The notes below the pieces were generated by a model, which saw only the letters and a program-made list of their open reading frames with translations, was not told the origin of the DNA and ran no database searches. A program made the position numbers and the translations under genes. Below, one piece after another: positions 21,248-30,596 of a stretch of 64,000 nt of DNA. Location of the stretch: NCBI GenBank assembly GCA_903869825.1, contig CAIQAL010000003.1, forward strand, positions 3,624-67,623, in the 5' to 3' direction. How positions within the stretch are numbered: the stretch's first letter is position 1; the number at the start of each line of letters is the position of its first letter. This DNA is from an uncultured bacterium. Its GTDB lineage: Bacteria; Patescibacteriota; Minisyncoccia; Phycocordibacterales; UBA9973.

Positions 21248-21799
21248 ATGCAATATAATTTTTCCAATTTTAAAATTGGGCTTAAAAAAGCAGAGGAATT
21301 TTTAGGAAAAGAATATAGTCAGCTTTCAACTGGTCGGGCATCCATTATGGTCCTTGATGGGGTTTCAGTTGAAACTTATGGGGCTTACCAGCCGATTAAA
21401 AACGTCGCTTCTATTTCTGTGGAAGATCCGAAAACATTGCGCGTCGCTCCCTGGGATAAAAATCAAGTGAAAGCAATCGAAAAAGCAATTAATGTTGCTG
21501 ACCTTGGCTTGTCGGTTGCGACGGACGAAGCGGGGCTTCGAGTAATTTTTCCACAACTCACAACCGAAACCAGGCAAAAGCTCGTGAAAGTTTTAAAAGA
21601 AAAATTGGAAGAAGCTCGTATTACTGTTCGAAGAGAGCGCGGAGTGGTCTGGGATGACATTCAAGCACAGGAGAAATCAGGAAAGATGACCGAAGATGAA
21701 AAAGTTAGAGCCAAGGACGAATTACAAAAAGCGGTGGATGAGATAAATAAAAACTTAGAAACGCTTTTTGAAAAAAAAGAGAAAGAAGTATTGGGTTAA
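21248..21799 (+). CDS. frr: ribosome recycling factor
   Basis: 183 aa, full-length RRF similarity (VRVAPWDKN..., RRERGVVWDDIQ...). Confidence 0.9.
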   Translation: MQYNFSNFKIGLKKAEEFLGKEYSQLSTGRASIMVLDGVSVETYGAYQPIKNVASISVEDPKTLRVAPWDKNQVKAIEKAINVADLGLSVATDEAGLRVIFPQLTTETRQKLVKVLKEKLEEARITVRRERGVVWDDIQAQEKSGKMTEDEKVRAKDELQKAVDEINKNLETLFEKKEKEVLG

Positions 21800-21812
21800 A
21801 TTATAAAAACAT

Positions 21813-22907
21813 ATGAGTATATTAATTTTTTTTGTAATTTTATTAGTGTTGGTTTTAGTACACGAAGCTGGACATTTTTCAACAGCAAAATTTTTCGGGA
21901 TTCGAGTAGATGAATTTGGTTTTGGTTTTCCGCCAAAACTTTTTGGAATAAAAAAAGGAGAAACAGAATATTCTATCAACGCATTACCTTTTGGAGGATT
22001 TGTGAAAATTTTTGGCGAGAATCCGGATGAAGAAAATACCGTTGGCCCTGATGCAGCCAGAAGTTTTGTGAATAAATCTGCCTGGAAACAAGCGATAGTA
22101 TTATTTGCAGGAATATTGGCCAATTTTTTACTTGCTTGGCTTTTCTTTTCGTTTGGTTTTATGTCTGGATTGCCAACTTCCGTCGGGAGCGAGCCAAAAG
22201 GCTCTGCTTTGCAAGATGTTCACTTGGTAGTTGTTTCAACGGAAACAAAATCTCCTGCCGAAATTGCAGGATTAAAATCTGGTGACAGAATTGTCTTGGT
22301 TACTTCCGGGATAGATTCGATTCCGGATATTAATCCAGACACTTTGAAGTCGTTTGTTCTTGCTCACCCTAAAAATGAAATTGATATTGGTTATACCCGT
22401 GGCTTGGATAAAAATATTTATACCGCAAAAATGAATCCGGAAATTACGAACGGACTGCCGATAGTTGGAATTTCAATGGACGAGGTGGGGATAGCAAAAT
22501 TGTCAATTTTTGGCTCCCTTTGGGAAGGAATGAAGTTGGACCTATATGTTACCAAAAGTACTGTTGTAGGGCTTTATACGCTTATTGTTCAATCTATTCA
22601 CGGCAAAGCAAACCTTTCTGAAGTGTCCGGACCAGTTGGTTTAGTGGGAATAGTTGGGGATGCCTATCATTTTGGTTTTTCATATCTTTTGTCGCTTGCT
22701 GGGCTTATTTCGGTAAACTTGGCAATAATCAACCTGGTACCTTTTCCGGCACTTGATGGAGGTAGAATACTCTTTGTCTTGATTGAAAAAATTAAAGGTT
22801 CTAGAATAAATCCCAAAATTGCCAATGCAGTAAACATGGTTGGCTTCGGACTTCTGATCGTTCTTATGCTTCTCGTGACCTATCACGACATAATAAAATT
22901 GTTCTAA
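21813..22907 (+). CDS. rseP: RIP metalloprotease RseP (site-2 protease, M50 family) with PDZ domain
   Basis: HEAGHF (HExxH) in first TM, PDZ-like middle, C-terminal LDGG motif region. Confidence 0.85.
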   Translation: MSILIFFVILLVLVLVHEAGHFSTAKFFGIRVDEFGFGFPPKLFGIKKGETEYSINALPFGGFVKIFGENPDEENTVGPDAARSFVNKSAWKQAIVLFAGILANFLLAWLFFSFGFMSGLPTSVGSEPKGSALQDVHLVVVSTETKSPAEIAGLKSGDRIVLVTSGIDSIPDINPDTLKSFVLAHPKNEIDIGYTRGLDKNIYTAKMNPEITNGLPIVGISMDEVGIAKLSIFGSLWEGMKLDLYVTKSTVVGLYTLIVQSIHGKANLSEVSGPVGLVGIVGDAYHFGFSYLLSLAGLISVNLAIINLVPFPALDGGRILFVLIEKIKGSRINPKIANAVNMVGFGLLIVLMLLVTYHDIIKLF

Positions 22908-22917
22908 CCTCTTTTTT

Positions 22918-24618
22918 ATGGAGACGAAAACCTGTCAAAACTGTAAAAAGGATTTTGTTATAGAAAAAGAAGATTTTAACTTTTACGAAAAAATAAAAGT
23001 CCCGCCTCCAACTTTTTGTCCGGAATGTCGGTTGGTCAGACGTTTTGCCAGTACCAATGAAAGAGTTTTATATAAACGGAAGTGTGATTTTTCTGGGCAA
23101 AATATTTTTTCAATGTATCCAGATGGAACAAAGTTTCCCGTTTATGATAAAGATATTTGGTATTCTGACAAGTGGGATCCATATCAATATGGAATAGACT
23201 ATGATTTTTCAAAATCATTTTTTGATCAGTTTTCCGAATTACAAAATAAAGTTCCAAGAATGGCTTTAGTGAAGCAGAGAATGTCAGTAAATAGTCCTTA
23301 TACCCACCGAGTAGATGATATGAAAAATTCGTATATGGTTTTTCGTACTACCAGGGGTACTGATTCACTTTATACTTATATTGGTAAAGATATTTTGAAT
23401 TGCGTGGATTGTTTTGAAATATCTCAATGCGAACTTTGTTATGAATGCATTGATTGCGATAATTGCTATAAGACAAGATTTTCTCAGGAGAGCAAAGAGT
23501 GCCGTGATTGCTTCTTTACGTATGGTTGTCGCAATTGTTCCGACTGCGTCGGTTGTGTAAACCTAATCAATCAGCAATATTCAATTTTTAATCAAAAATA
23601 TGAGAAAGGAGAGTATCTAAAGAAAATAGCACAGCTTAAATTGAATTCTTTATCGGGGTTAGAAAATATGAAGCAACTATTTGACGAATTTAGAAAGAAA
23701 TTTCCTCAACGAGCAGTGATTTCAAGTAAAACAGAAGACGTGTCGGGCAATTGGTTTACAAATTGCAAAAACGTCAAGAATTCTTTCTGGTGTATGAACG
23801 TAAGGGATGGAAAATACTTGTTTGCTATTTTTGATGCGCAAGATTGTATGGATTATTTCCAATGGGGAAATTCCTGTGAGCAGGTTTATGAATCAGAAAA
23901 TGTGGGATTAAATTCTTCCAGAATTTTCTTTTGTTCTCAGTGTTGGATGGGAGCACATGACTTATATTATTGTCATTCTTGCCCTAGCTCAAGTAATTGT
24001 TTTGGATGTATTGGTCTTAAGAAGGGAGAATATTCAATTTTTAATAAAAAATACAGCAAAGAAGAATACGAAGCGATAAAAGCTAAAATCATTGAACAAA
24101 TGAAGGAAATCCCATATATTGATGAAAAAGGTATTGAATACAGATATGGAGAGCATTTTCCAAATGCTTTATCGGACTTTGCGTACAATGAAACGGGGGC
24201 AGCTGACTTTTTTCCTTTAACTAAAGAAGAAGTAATAAAAAACGGGTACAGATGGAAAGAAAGAGATAAGAAAAACTATAATGTGACAGTAGAGTGCTCT
24301 AGTTTACCCGAAACAATAAAAGAAGTGGAGGACTCAATTTTAAATGAAGTTATCGGGTGTGCTGAAAAAGATAGCCAATATTCCGTTGGAGCGTTTCGGA
24401 TTACGAAAGATGAATTGTCTTTTTACCGAAGAATGGACCTTCCAATCCCTAAAGTATGTTTTGATGTCCGACACACGCGTCGTCTTTTAAAACGCCCAAT
24501 GCCAAAATTGCAAAAAAGAAATTGTTCTAAATGTAATTTGGGAGTTGAAACCATTTATACCGAATTCTATGCTCCTATTTTATATTGCGATAATTGTTAT
24601 AAAAAAGAGGTCTTTTAA
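22918..24618 (+). CDS. large cysteine-rich protein with repeated zinc-ribbon-like modules (hypothetical)
   Basis: 566 aa, >40 Cys mostly as CxxC pairs; module F-x-I-x3-E-x2-FY-x5-P-x-P-x2-C-x2-CR...RR...C-x2-C at N-terminus and again near C-terminus; two internal segments both end ...YSIFN-x-KY-x-K-x-EY. Confidence 0.65.
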   Translation: METKTCQNCKKDFVIEKEDFNFYEKIKVPPPTFCPECRLVRRFASTNERVLYKRKCDFSGQNIFSMYPDGTKFPVYDKDIWYSDKWDPYQYGIDYDFSKSFFDQFSELQNKVPRMALVKQRMSVNSPYTHRVDDMKNSYMVFRTTRGTDSLYTYIGKDILNCVDCFEISQCELCYECIDCDNCYKTRFSQESKECRDCFFTYGCRNCSDCVGCVNLINQQYSIFNQKYEKGEYLKKIAQLKLNSLSGLENMKQLFDEFRKKFPQRAVISSKTEDVSGNWFTNCKNVKNSFWCMNVRDGKYLFAIFDAQDCMDYFQWGNSCEQVYESENVGLNSSRIFFCSQCWMGAHDLYYCHSCPSSSNCFGCIGLKKGEYSIFNKKYSKEEYEAIKAKIIEQMKEIPYIDEKGIEYRYGEHFPNALSDFAYNETGAADFFPLTKEEVIKNGYRWKERDKKNYNVTVECSSLPETIKEVEDSILNEVIGCAEKDSQYSVGAFRITKDELSFYRRMDLPIPKVCFDVRHTRRLLKRPMPKLQKRNCSKCNLGVETIYTEFYAPILYCDNCYKKEVF

Positions 24619-24619
24619 C

Positions 24620-25348
24620 ATGAAAACAAAATTATTACACGAGGTACGAGCGGTAAAAAGTAAAAAGGAATTGGCAAATATCATTAAAGCGCAAAGAATA
24701 AGTGAGCGGGTTTTGGCTGATGCCTTGAAAGAGCTTCGACTGGGGGTGAGTGAAATCGAAATTGATAATTTTATTAAAAAATCTTTTGTGAAATATGGTG
24801 CTCCGATATTGTCTTTTTCACCAATTGTTTCTTTTGGTAAAAACACTGCCAATATTCATCACGTGCCCGGAAAAAGTGAATTAAAAATAGGGAACGCAAT
24901 AATGTTTGATATTGGCTGCACAGTAAACCACTATTGTTCCGACATGAGCCGCACATATTTTTTTGGAAAGCCTACCAAAAAGCAAGAAAAAATATATTTA
25001 GCAGTGTTGGAGGTACAAGAAAGAGTATTAAATAAGATAAAGAAAGGAGAAAGAAGGGCAAAGGTGCTTGATAAGACAGCAAGAGATTTTTTAACAAAAA
25101 GATTTGGGAAAAATAGTTTTTCTCATGGACTTGGACATGGAGTAGGCACAGTAATTCACGAATGGCCAAACTTGAAACCTAAAAGTGAAGATATATTGCC
25201 GGTCGGATGTGTAGTGACAGTAGAACCAGGACTCTATTTGAAAAATTTTGGTGGAGTTCGGATAGAAGATGTGATTTTAATCACAAAAGACGGCTATAAA
25301 AATCTGACTAATATTTCAAAAAACATTGAGAGTGCTATTTTAAAATAA
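24620..25348 (+). CDS. M24 family metallopeptidase (Xaa-Pro aminopeptidase/prolidase-like catalytic domain, short form)
   Basis: HYCSDMSRTYFFG and HGLGHGVGTVIHEWP pita-bread fold metal-ligand motifs. Confidence 0.75.
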   Translation: MKTKLLHEVRAVKSKKELANIIKAQRISERVLADALKELRLGVSEIEIDNFIKKSFVKYGAPILSFSPIVSFGKNTANIHHVPGKSELKIGNAIMFDIGCTVNHYCSDMSRTYFFGKPTKKQEKIYLAVLEVQERVLNKIKKGERRAKVLDKTARDFLTKRFGKNSFSHGLGHGVGTVIHEWPNLKPKSEDILPVGCVVTVEPGLYLKNFGGVRIEDVILITKDGYKNLTNISKNIESAILK

Positions 25349-25454
25349 ATATTATTTTTTGCAAAAATTTTTGAGTTATGCACCTCTCTCTTGACTTTTT
25401 TAAAATACCCTATAACATAAGGTTATGTTAGCTTTAATTTTTTGCAAAATATAA

Positions 25455-27809
25455 ATGAAAATAGCGCTTTTAACTGGAGGACCATCATTAGAACGAGGAA
25501 TATCGCTTAATTCGGCGAGGTCTTTGCTTGATCATTTGGAAGATAAAAATGTCGAAATTGTTCCAGTTTATTTTAATTCTAGAAAAAAGGCTTATAAAAT
25601 TTCTCGAGCCCAATTATATTCCAATAACCCTTCTGATTTTGATTTTAAGCTCGCAAAAAATTCTAAAACCTTAAGCACAAAAGCATTGATAAAATTTTTG
25701 AAATCGGTGGATATTGTTTTTCCTGCAATGCATGGACCGTTTGGCGAAGACGGACAAATTCAGTCTTTCTTGGAACATAATAAGATACCATTTGTTGGTT
25801 CCAGTAGTGCATCTTGTAAGTTGGCCTTTGATAAATATGAAGCTAACAAAAATATCAGTGAGAAAGGTTTCTATACTTTACCTTCTGCTTTGCTTAAAAT
25901 TTATTCTAAAAATAACGAGAAAATTATCAAAGATTTTTTTATTAAAAATAAAGTAAAAAGAGCCATTGTCAAACCAGCTAGTGGCGGTTCGAGTATCGGA
26001 GTCTTTTCGGTAAATTCACCCAAAGAGGCGCTTGAGAAAGCGAACGTTATTTTTTCAAAAAGAATGGACACGAGAGTAGTATTAGAGCCATTTGCTAAAG
26101 GAAAAGAATTCACTGTTATAATTTTACAAAATAAACTTGGAATGCCTGTTGCTATTGTGCCTTCGGAAATCGAAATGACTTACCACGAAGGAAGAATTTT
26201 TGATTTTCGTAGAAAATATTTACCTACCAACCAAGTGCAATATCATTGTCCTCCTAGATTTTCGATTGAAACAATAAAAGAAATTCAAACCGAAGCAGAA
26301 CAATTATTTTCACTTTTCAAAATGAATGATTTTGCCCGTTTTGATGGATGGATTTTGCCTGATGGAAAAATTTGGTTTTCCGATTTTAATACGGTATCCG
26401 GTATGGAACAGAATAGTTTTCTTTTCCAACAAGCTTCACTTCTCGGAATGAGTCATCAGGACTTATTGTTCTATATTGTAAAAAATTCTTGTGCCCGACA
26501 AAAAATTGAATTTCCTTCAATTGTCAATAAAAACAAAAAAAGAAAACCAATATCAGTTATTTTTGGCGGACATACTTCAGAACGGCAAGTATCCCTCATG
26601 AGTGGTACGAATGTCTGGCTTAAGCTCCGAAAGTCCGAATTCTATGAGCCAAAACCATTCTTACTTGATTTTGATAACAACGTTTGGGAATTACCTTATT
26701 CAATGATATTAAATCATACTGTGGAAGAAATAATAATTAACGCTAAAAATGCCAAAGCAAACAGAGCGCGGACCGAAAATCTAATAAATTCCGTTATTAC
26801 AAAGCTTATGTTAAGTCCAAGCGAAATTACTGAGCCATTTTTTATTCCTAGGAAGATGTCTTTTGAAGAATTTGCCAATGAATCTAAATTTGTTTTTCTT
26901 GGACTTCATGGAGGAGATGGAGAAAATGGTATCATCCAGAAAATTTTAATCGACAAAAAGATTAAATATAATGGCTCGGATGAAACAACATCAAAACTGT
27001 GTATGGATAAATTTGAAGCTGGAGAACTCATTCGAGGAATTAAAATCAAAGATATCGGAATTGCTCCCCAAAAAATAGTAAATCTGACGGAGATAAAACA
27101 AGCTGAAATAAAAAAACTTTGGAAAGAACTTAAAACAGATTTTTTAGCCGAAACCTTGATCGTAAAACCTCGAGAAGATGGTTGTTCTACTGGCGTGGCT
27201 CATTTGTTTCGAGAAAAAGATCTTGAAAATTATATTAGTTATGCTAAAAGCGGTAAAAAATTTATTCCCATTAGTGTTTTAAAAAATCAAAACACTATAA
27301 TTGAAATGCCAGATCCAAAAGTCTCTGAACTACTTTTTGAAAAATTTATTGAAACTGATTCTGTGAGTTCAAAAGGAAATAAATTGAAACACTTAAAAAA
27401 AAGTGGTTGGGTAGAAATAACTATAGGAATTTTAGAAAAGAACAGAAAAATGCACGCCTTAAACCCAAGTATTACTATTTCCGAAGGGGAGGTGTTGTCT
27501 TTGGAAGAAAAGTTCCAGGGTGGCACAGGGATAAATTTGACTCCACCGCCGGAAGAAATTATTAAGCCAAAGATTGTCCAAAAGTCTAAAGAGCTAGTCG
27601 AAATGTTAGCGAAAGAATTAAGAATAAAGGATTATGCGAGAATCGATGCCTTTATGAATATCTACACCGGGTCTCTTTTGATTATCGAAATAAATACACT
27701 GCCAGGGCTTACCCCTTCAACTGTGCTATATCATCAGGCTCTAGCTGAGAATCCCAAGATCTTTCCCAAAGAATTGCTTGAGAATATAATTAAAACAAGT
27801 GGCTACTAA
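25455..27809 (+). CDS. ddl: tandem double D-alanine--D-alanine ligase family (two complete ATP-grasp Ddl-like modules fused, 784 aa)
   Basis: first module MKIALLTGGPSLERGISLNSA...HGPFGEDGQIQ...VKPASGGSSIGV...ARFDGW; second module ISVIFGGHTSERQVSLMSG...HGGDGENGIIQ...VKPREDGCSTGV...ARIDAFMN...EINTLPGLTPSTVL. Confidence 0.75.
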   Translation: MKIALLTGGPSLERGISLNSARSLLDHLEDKNVEIVPVYFNSRKKAYKISRAQLYSNNPSDFDFKLAKNSKTLSTKALIKFLKSVDIVFPAMHGPFGEDGQIQSFLEHNKIPFVGSSSASCKLAFDKYEANKNISEKGFYTLPSALLKIYSKNNEKIIKDFFIKNKVKRAIVKPASGGSSIGVFSVNSPKEALEKANVIFSKRMDTRVVLEPFAKGKEFTVIILQNKLGMPVAIVPSEIEMTYHEGRIFDFRRKYLPTNQVQYHCPPRFSIETIKEIQTEAEQLFSLFKMNDFARFDGWILPDGKIWFSDFNTVSGMEQNSFLFQQASLLGMSHQDLLFYIVKNSCARQKIEFPSIVNKNKKRKPISVIFGGHTSERQVSLMSGTNVWLKLRKSEFYEPKPFLLDFDNNVWELPYSMILNHTVEEIIINAKNAKANRARTENLINSVITKLMLSPSEITEPFFIPRKMSFEEFANESKFVFLGLHGGDGENGIIQKILIDKKIKYNGSDETTSKLCMDKFEAGELIRGIKIKDIGIAPQKIVNLTEIKQAEIKKLWKELKTDFLAETLIVKPREDGCSTGVAHLFREKDLENYISYAKSGKKFIPISVLKNQNTIIEMPDPKVSELLFEKFIETDSVSSKGNKLKHLKKSGWVEITIGILEKNRKMHALNPSITISEGEVLSLEEKFQGGTGINLTPPPEEIIKPKIVQKSKELVEMLAKELRIKDYARIDAFMNIYTGSLLIIEINTLPGLTPSTVLYHQALAENPKIFPKELLENIIKTSGY

Positions 27810-28947
27810 AATCAGGGCTTTACCACTTTCATATATTGAATTATCAAAAAGGAATCTAATCCACAATTTTCAATCGCTTAAAAAAATTTCAAAAAAAGGA
27901 ACAGAAATTGCGGCCGTTATTAAAGGGAATGCGTATGGGCACGGGCTGAACGAAATTGCTAAAATTCTGGAACCAGTGGCTGACTATTTTCAAGTAAATA
28001 GTATTTTGGAGCTTGAAACCCTTCGGAAGCTGAGTGAAAAAAAGACTTTCATTTTGGGTTATGTTGAAAAAAATGATTTAAAGAAAGCGATAAAACTTAG
28101 TTCAATATTGTCGGTCTTTTCTGTCGAACAATTAAAGGAAATTGAAAAGGTTGCAAGCAAATTAAAAATTAAACAGGAAATTCATATGCCGATTGATGCG
28201 TATTTAGGGAGAGAAGGGTTCCCTGAGTCTGAGTGGCAAGAATTTTTTAATGAAATAAAAAAGTGCCCCAGTATTAAATTAGGAGGGATTTATGCTCACT
28301 TTGCAAACATTGAAGACACCAACGATTTTTCTCATGCACAAAAACAAATTGATAAACATTTGGAAGCTATCCGATTGGCTGAAAGATGTGGACTAAAAAA
28401 ATTACAAAACCATATTTCGGCTACTTCGGGTTTATTAGTATACGAAAAAGGGAAAGGAATAAATTCTGTTGTCCGTTTGGGCATTGGGATATATGGACTC
28501 TGGCCTTCTGATCATATTAAAAATTTGTACAAAAATAAGCTGAAATTAAGACCGGTTTTGTCCTGGAAAACGAAAGTTGCCCAGATAAAAATATTGCCTG
28601 GTGGACATCCAATTGGTTATGGCCTTACGTACCTTACGGCATCACTTACGAAAATTGCTATTATCCCGCTTGGTTATGCCGATGGTTTTGATCGACGATT
28701 TTCAAATAACGGAGAAGTGTTGATAGGGGGGACCAGATGTAAAATTTTGGGACGAGTAGCGATGAATATGTTTGTGGTGGATGTGAATCACTTAAAAAAT
28801 ATAAGGATTGAAGACGAAGTAGTTTTGCTAGGTGTTCAAGGGAAAGAAGAAATATCTGCCGAGAGTCTGGCTCTTAAAATTGACACCATAAATTACGAGG
28901 TGGTTACTCGCTTGAGTTCAATTTTGCCAAGGGTGGTTGTTAAATAA
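27799..28947 (+). CDS. alr: alanine racemase
   Basis: PLP-lysine motif AAVIKGNAYGHG, 382 aa; 11-nt overlap with upstream ddl fusion. Confidence 0.85.
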   Translation: MATKIRALPLSYIELSKRNLIHNFQSLKKISKKGTEIAAVIKGNAYGHGLNEIAKILEPVADYFQVNSILELETLRKLSEKKTFILGYVEKNDLKKAIKLSSILSVFSVEQLKEIEKVASKLKIKQEIHMPIDAYLGREGFPESEWQEFFNEIKKCPSIKLGGIYAHFANIEDTNDFSHAQKQIDKHLEAIRLAERCGLKKLQNHISATSGLLVYEKGKGINSVVRLGIGIYGLWPSDHIKNLYKNKLKLRPVLSWKTKVAQIKILPGGHPIGYGLTYLTASLTKIAIIPLGYADGFDRRFSNNGEVLIGGTRCKILGRVAMNMFVVDVNHLKNIRIEDEVVLLGVQGKEEISAESLALKIDTINYEVVTRLSSILPRVVVK

Positions 28948-28996
28948 CAAATTTTGTTAGGTTGCATTTTTATGAATTTTATATTAAAGTAAGAAT

Positions 28997-29155
28997 ATGT
29001 CACAAGATAGACTTATAAAGCTTAGTTGCACAACCTGTAAGAGAATCAATTATTGGTCAAGTAAAAATAAAAAACTCGTTACTAAAAAAATCGAGCTTAA
29101 AAAGTACTGCAGATGGTGCAAGAAGATTACCAAGCACAAGGAAGTTAAAAAATAA
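28997..29155 (+). CDS. rpmG: 50S ribosomal protein L33 (not in ORF track, 52 aa)
   Basis: translation MSQDRLIKLSCTTCKRINYWSSKNKKLVTKKIELKKYCRWCKKITKHKEVKK has the L33 C4 zinc ribbon and NY...KN...LELKKYC...HKE pattern. Confidence 0.8.
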   Translation: MSQDRLIKLSCTTCKRINYWSSKNKKLVTKKIELKKYCRWCKKITKHKEVKK

Positions 29156-29311
29156 TTTAGTTTCTATTTTTGTTGTGTTATAATTAATAAGCGGTAAGTG
29201 TTTACTGCTAGTTCTTTCTACATGTGGATCCGTCCTTAAAAACGAGATCCAAGGAAGTACAAAATCTTTCTAATTTTTTGTATTTCTGTGTCCCGACTTC
29301 GGTCGGGATAT

Positions 29312-29382
29312 GGGCGATTAGTTTAGTGGTAGAACGAAGGTCTCCAAAACCTTTGGCGGGGGTCCGATTCCCTCATCGCCCG
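29312..29382 (+). tRNA. tRNA-Trp (anticodon CCA)
   Basis: 7-bp acceptor GGGCGAT/ATCGCCC, anticodon stem AAGGT/ACCTT with loop CTCCAAA; no encoded CCA; GC hairpin with UUCG loop (29291-29308) just upstream. Confidence 0.8.
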
Positions 29383-29530
29383 CTGTACTTGAATTATTTT
29401 CTAATTATGTTATTATGCGAATAATTAAAGTTTTTTGAAATATAGGTTTTGGCTAGTATTGGTTTATTTATCCCAGTTTCATTATAGAGTTTGGGGTAAA
29501 TAAATCAGTATTAACCTAATAATTAATCGT

Positions 29531-29851
29531 ATGAAAAAGAAACCTATCACTGAATTCATGGATTTTATTTCTCTTTTAGAAGAGCAAAAAAACGGAGAGT
29601 TTGAATTTCCTAAACTTGAGCACGTCATTCTTTCTCTCTGTATGTCGGACAATATGGAAATAAATGATACTGTTATTCCCGTCGGAACAGGAGAATTTGT
29701 TGCGTTAATAAGTTATAATATTTTTCCTGACGAAATGGAATTTGTAAACAAAATTGGTAATTTTGTTGTGGTTATAATGGAGATAGCTCACCTCAACAGG
29801 GTTTTTGTTACCAGACGTCCATTAATTACTTGGACAATACCGAAAAAATAA
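29531..29851 (+). CDS. hypothetical protein (106 aa, acidic, no TM)
   Basis: ORF only; occupies the position where secE/nusG often follow rpmG-tRNA-Trp but shows no SecE features. Confidence 0.4.
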   Translation: MKKKPITEFMDFISLLEEQKNGEFEFPKLEHVILSLCMSDNMEINDTVIPVGTGEFVALISYNIFPDEMEFVNKIGNFVVVIMEIAHLNRVFVTRRPLITWTIPKK

Positions 29852-29897
29852 AGCAAAAATAATACACGATAATTGTTAAACCTTATTAGATCTGATT

Positions 29898-30536
29898 ATG
29901 GAAAATATATTAATTGTTGATCATCCTTTGGTTCAACATAAGTTGTCAATTCTAAGGGATGAAAACACCAAACCTCAATTATTTAGGATTTTGGTAAAAG
30001 AGATTACAACCATTATTGGCTATGAAGCAACTAAGGACTTGCTTCTTGTTGATAGGCAGGTTAAAACTCCACTCGCAATTGCTGATACAAAAAGATTGTC
30101 TAGCATTCCTTTTATTGTTCCAATCATTCGTGCTGGTATTAGCATGTTAGATCCAATGCTTGAGCTACTTCCAACTGCAAGTGTTGGTTTTATTGGGTTG
30201 GTTCGTGAAGAAGGAAAAGGCGATGGAGTAGTGAAAGTTAAACAGTATTACATCAAGCTCCCTGTTGATGCCAACTTAAGAGATGCAATCATAGTTGACC
30301 CTATGCTTGCAACAGCAACTACAGCTTGTATTGCAATAACTGAATTAAAAAAAGCTGGTGTGCAAAAAATCAAGTTGATGTGCATAGTCGCATCAAATGA
30401 TGGAATAAAAAGAGTAACGTCAGAACATCCAGATGTTCAATTATTCTGTGCTGCGATAGACGAACATCTATTGCCAAACAATTACATCTCACCAGGGTTG
30501 GGGGATGCTGGTGATCGTTTGTACAGTATTGAGTGA
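29898..30536 (+). CDS. upp: uracil phosphoribosyltransferase
   Basis: PRPP-binding motif and C-terminal ISPGLGDAGDRLY; ends TGA immediately followed by TAG. Confidence 0.9.
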   Translation: MENILIVDHPLVQHKLSILRDENTKPQLFRILVKEITTIIGYEATKDLLLVDRQVKTPLAIADTKRLSSIPFIVPIIRAGISMLDPMLELLPTASVGFIGLVREEGKGDGVVKVKQYYIKLPVDANLRDAIIVDPMLATATTACIAITELKKAGVQKIKLMCIVASNDGIKRVTSEHPDVQLFCAAIDEHLLPNNYISPGLGDAGDRLYSIE

Positions 30537-30562
30537 TAGAAAATTTAAAATTTGAATTATCG

Positions 30563-30596
30563 AGGTCGTCCAACTTGGAACGGCCTCATTTTTTAT
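30563..30596 (+). terminator. intrinsic terminator after upp
   Basis: gaggtcgt-ccaacttgga-acggcctc (8 bp incl. one G-U) followed by attttttatttcc. Confidence 0.55.

Noticed and set aside
29224-29424. 66-aa ORF in track
   Set aside because: It overlaps the tRNA-Trp gene and its leader hairpin and is a chance ORF. The same applies to ORF 45759-46004, which covers tRNA-Leu on the opposite strand.
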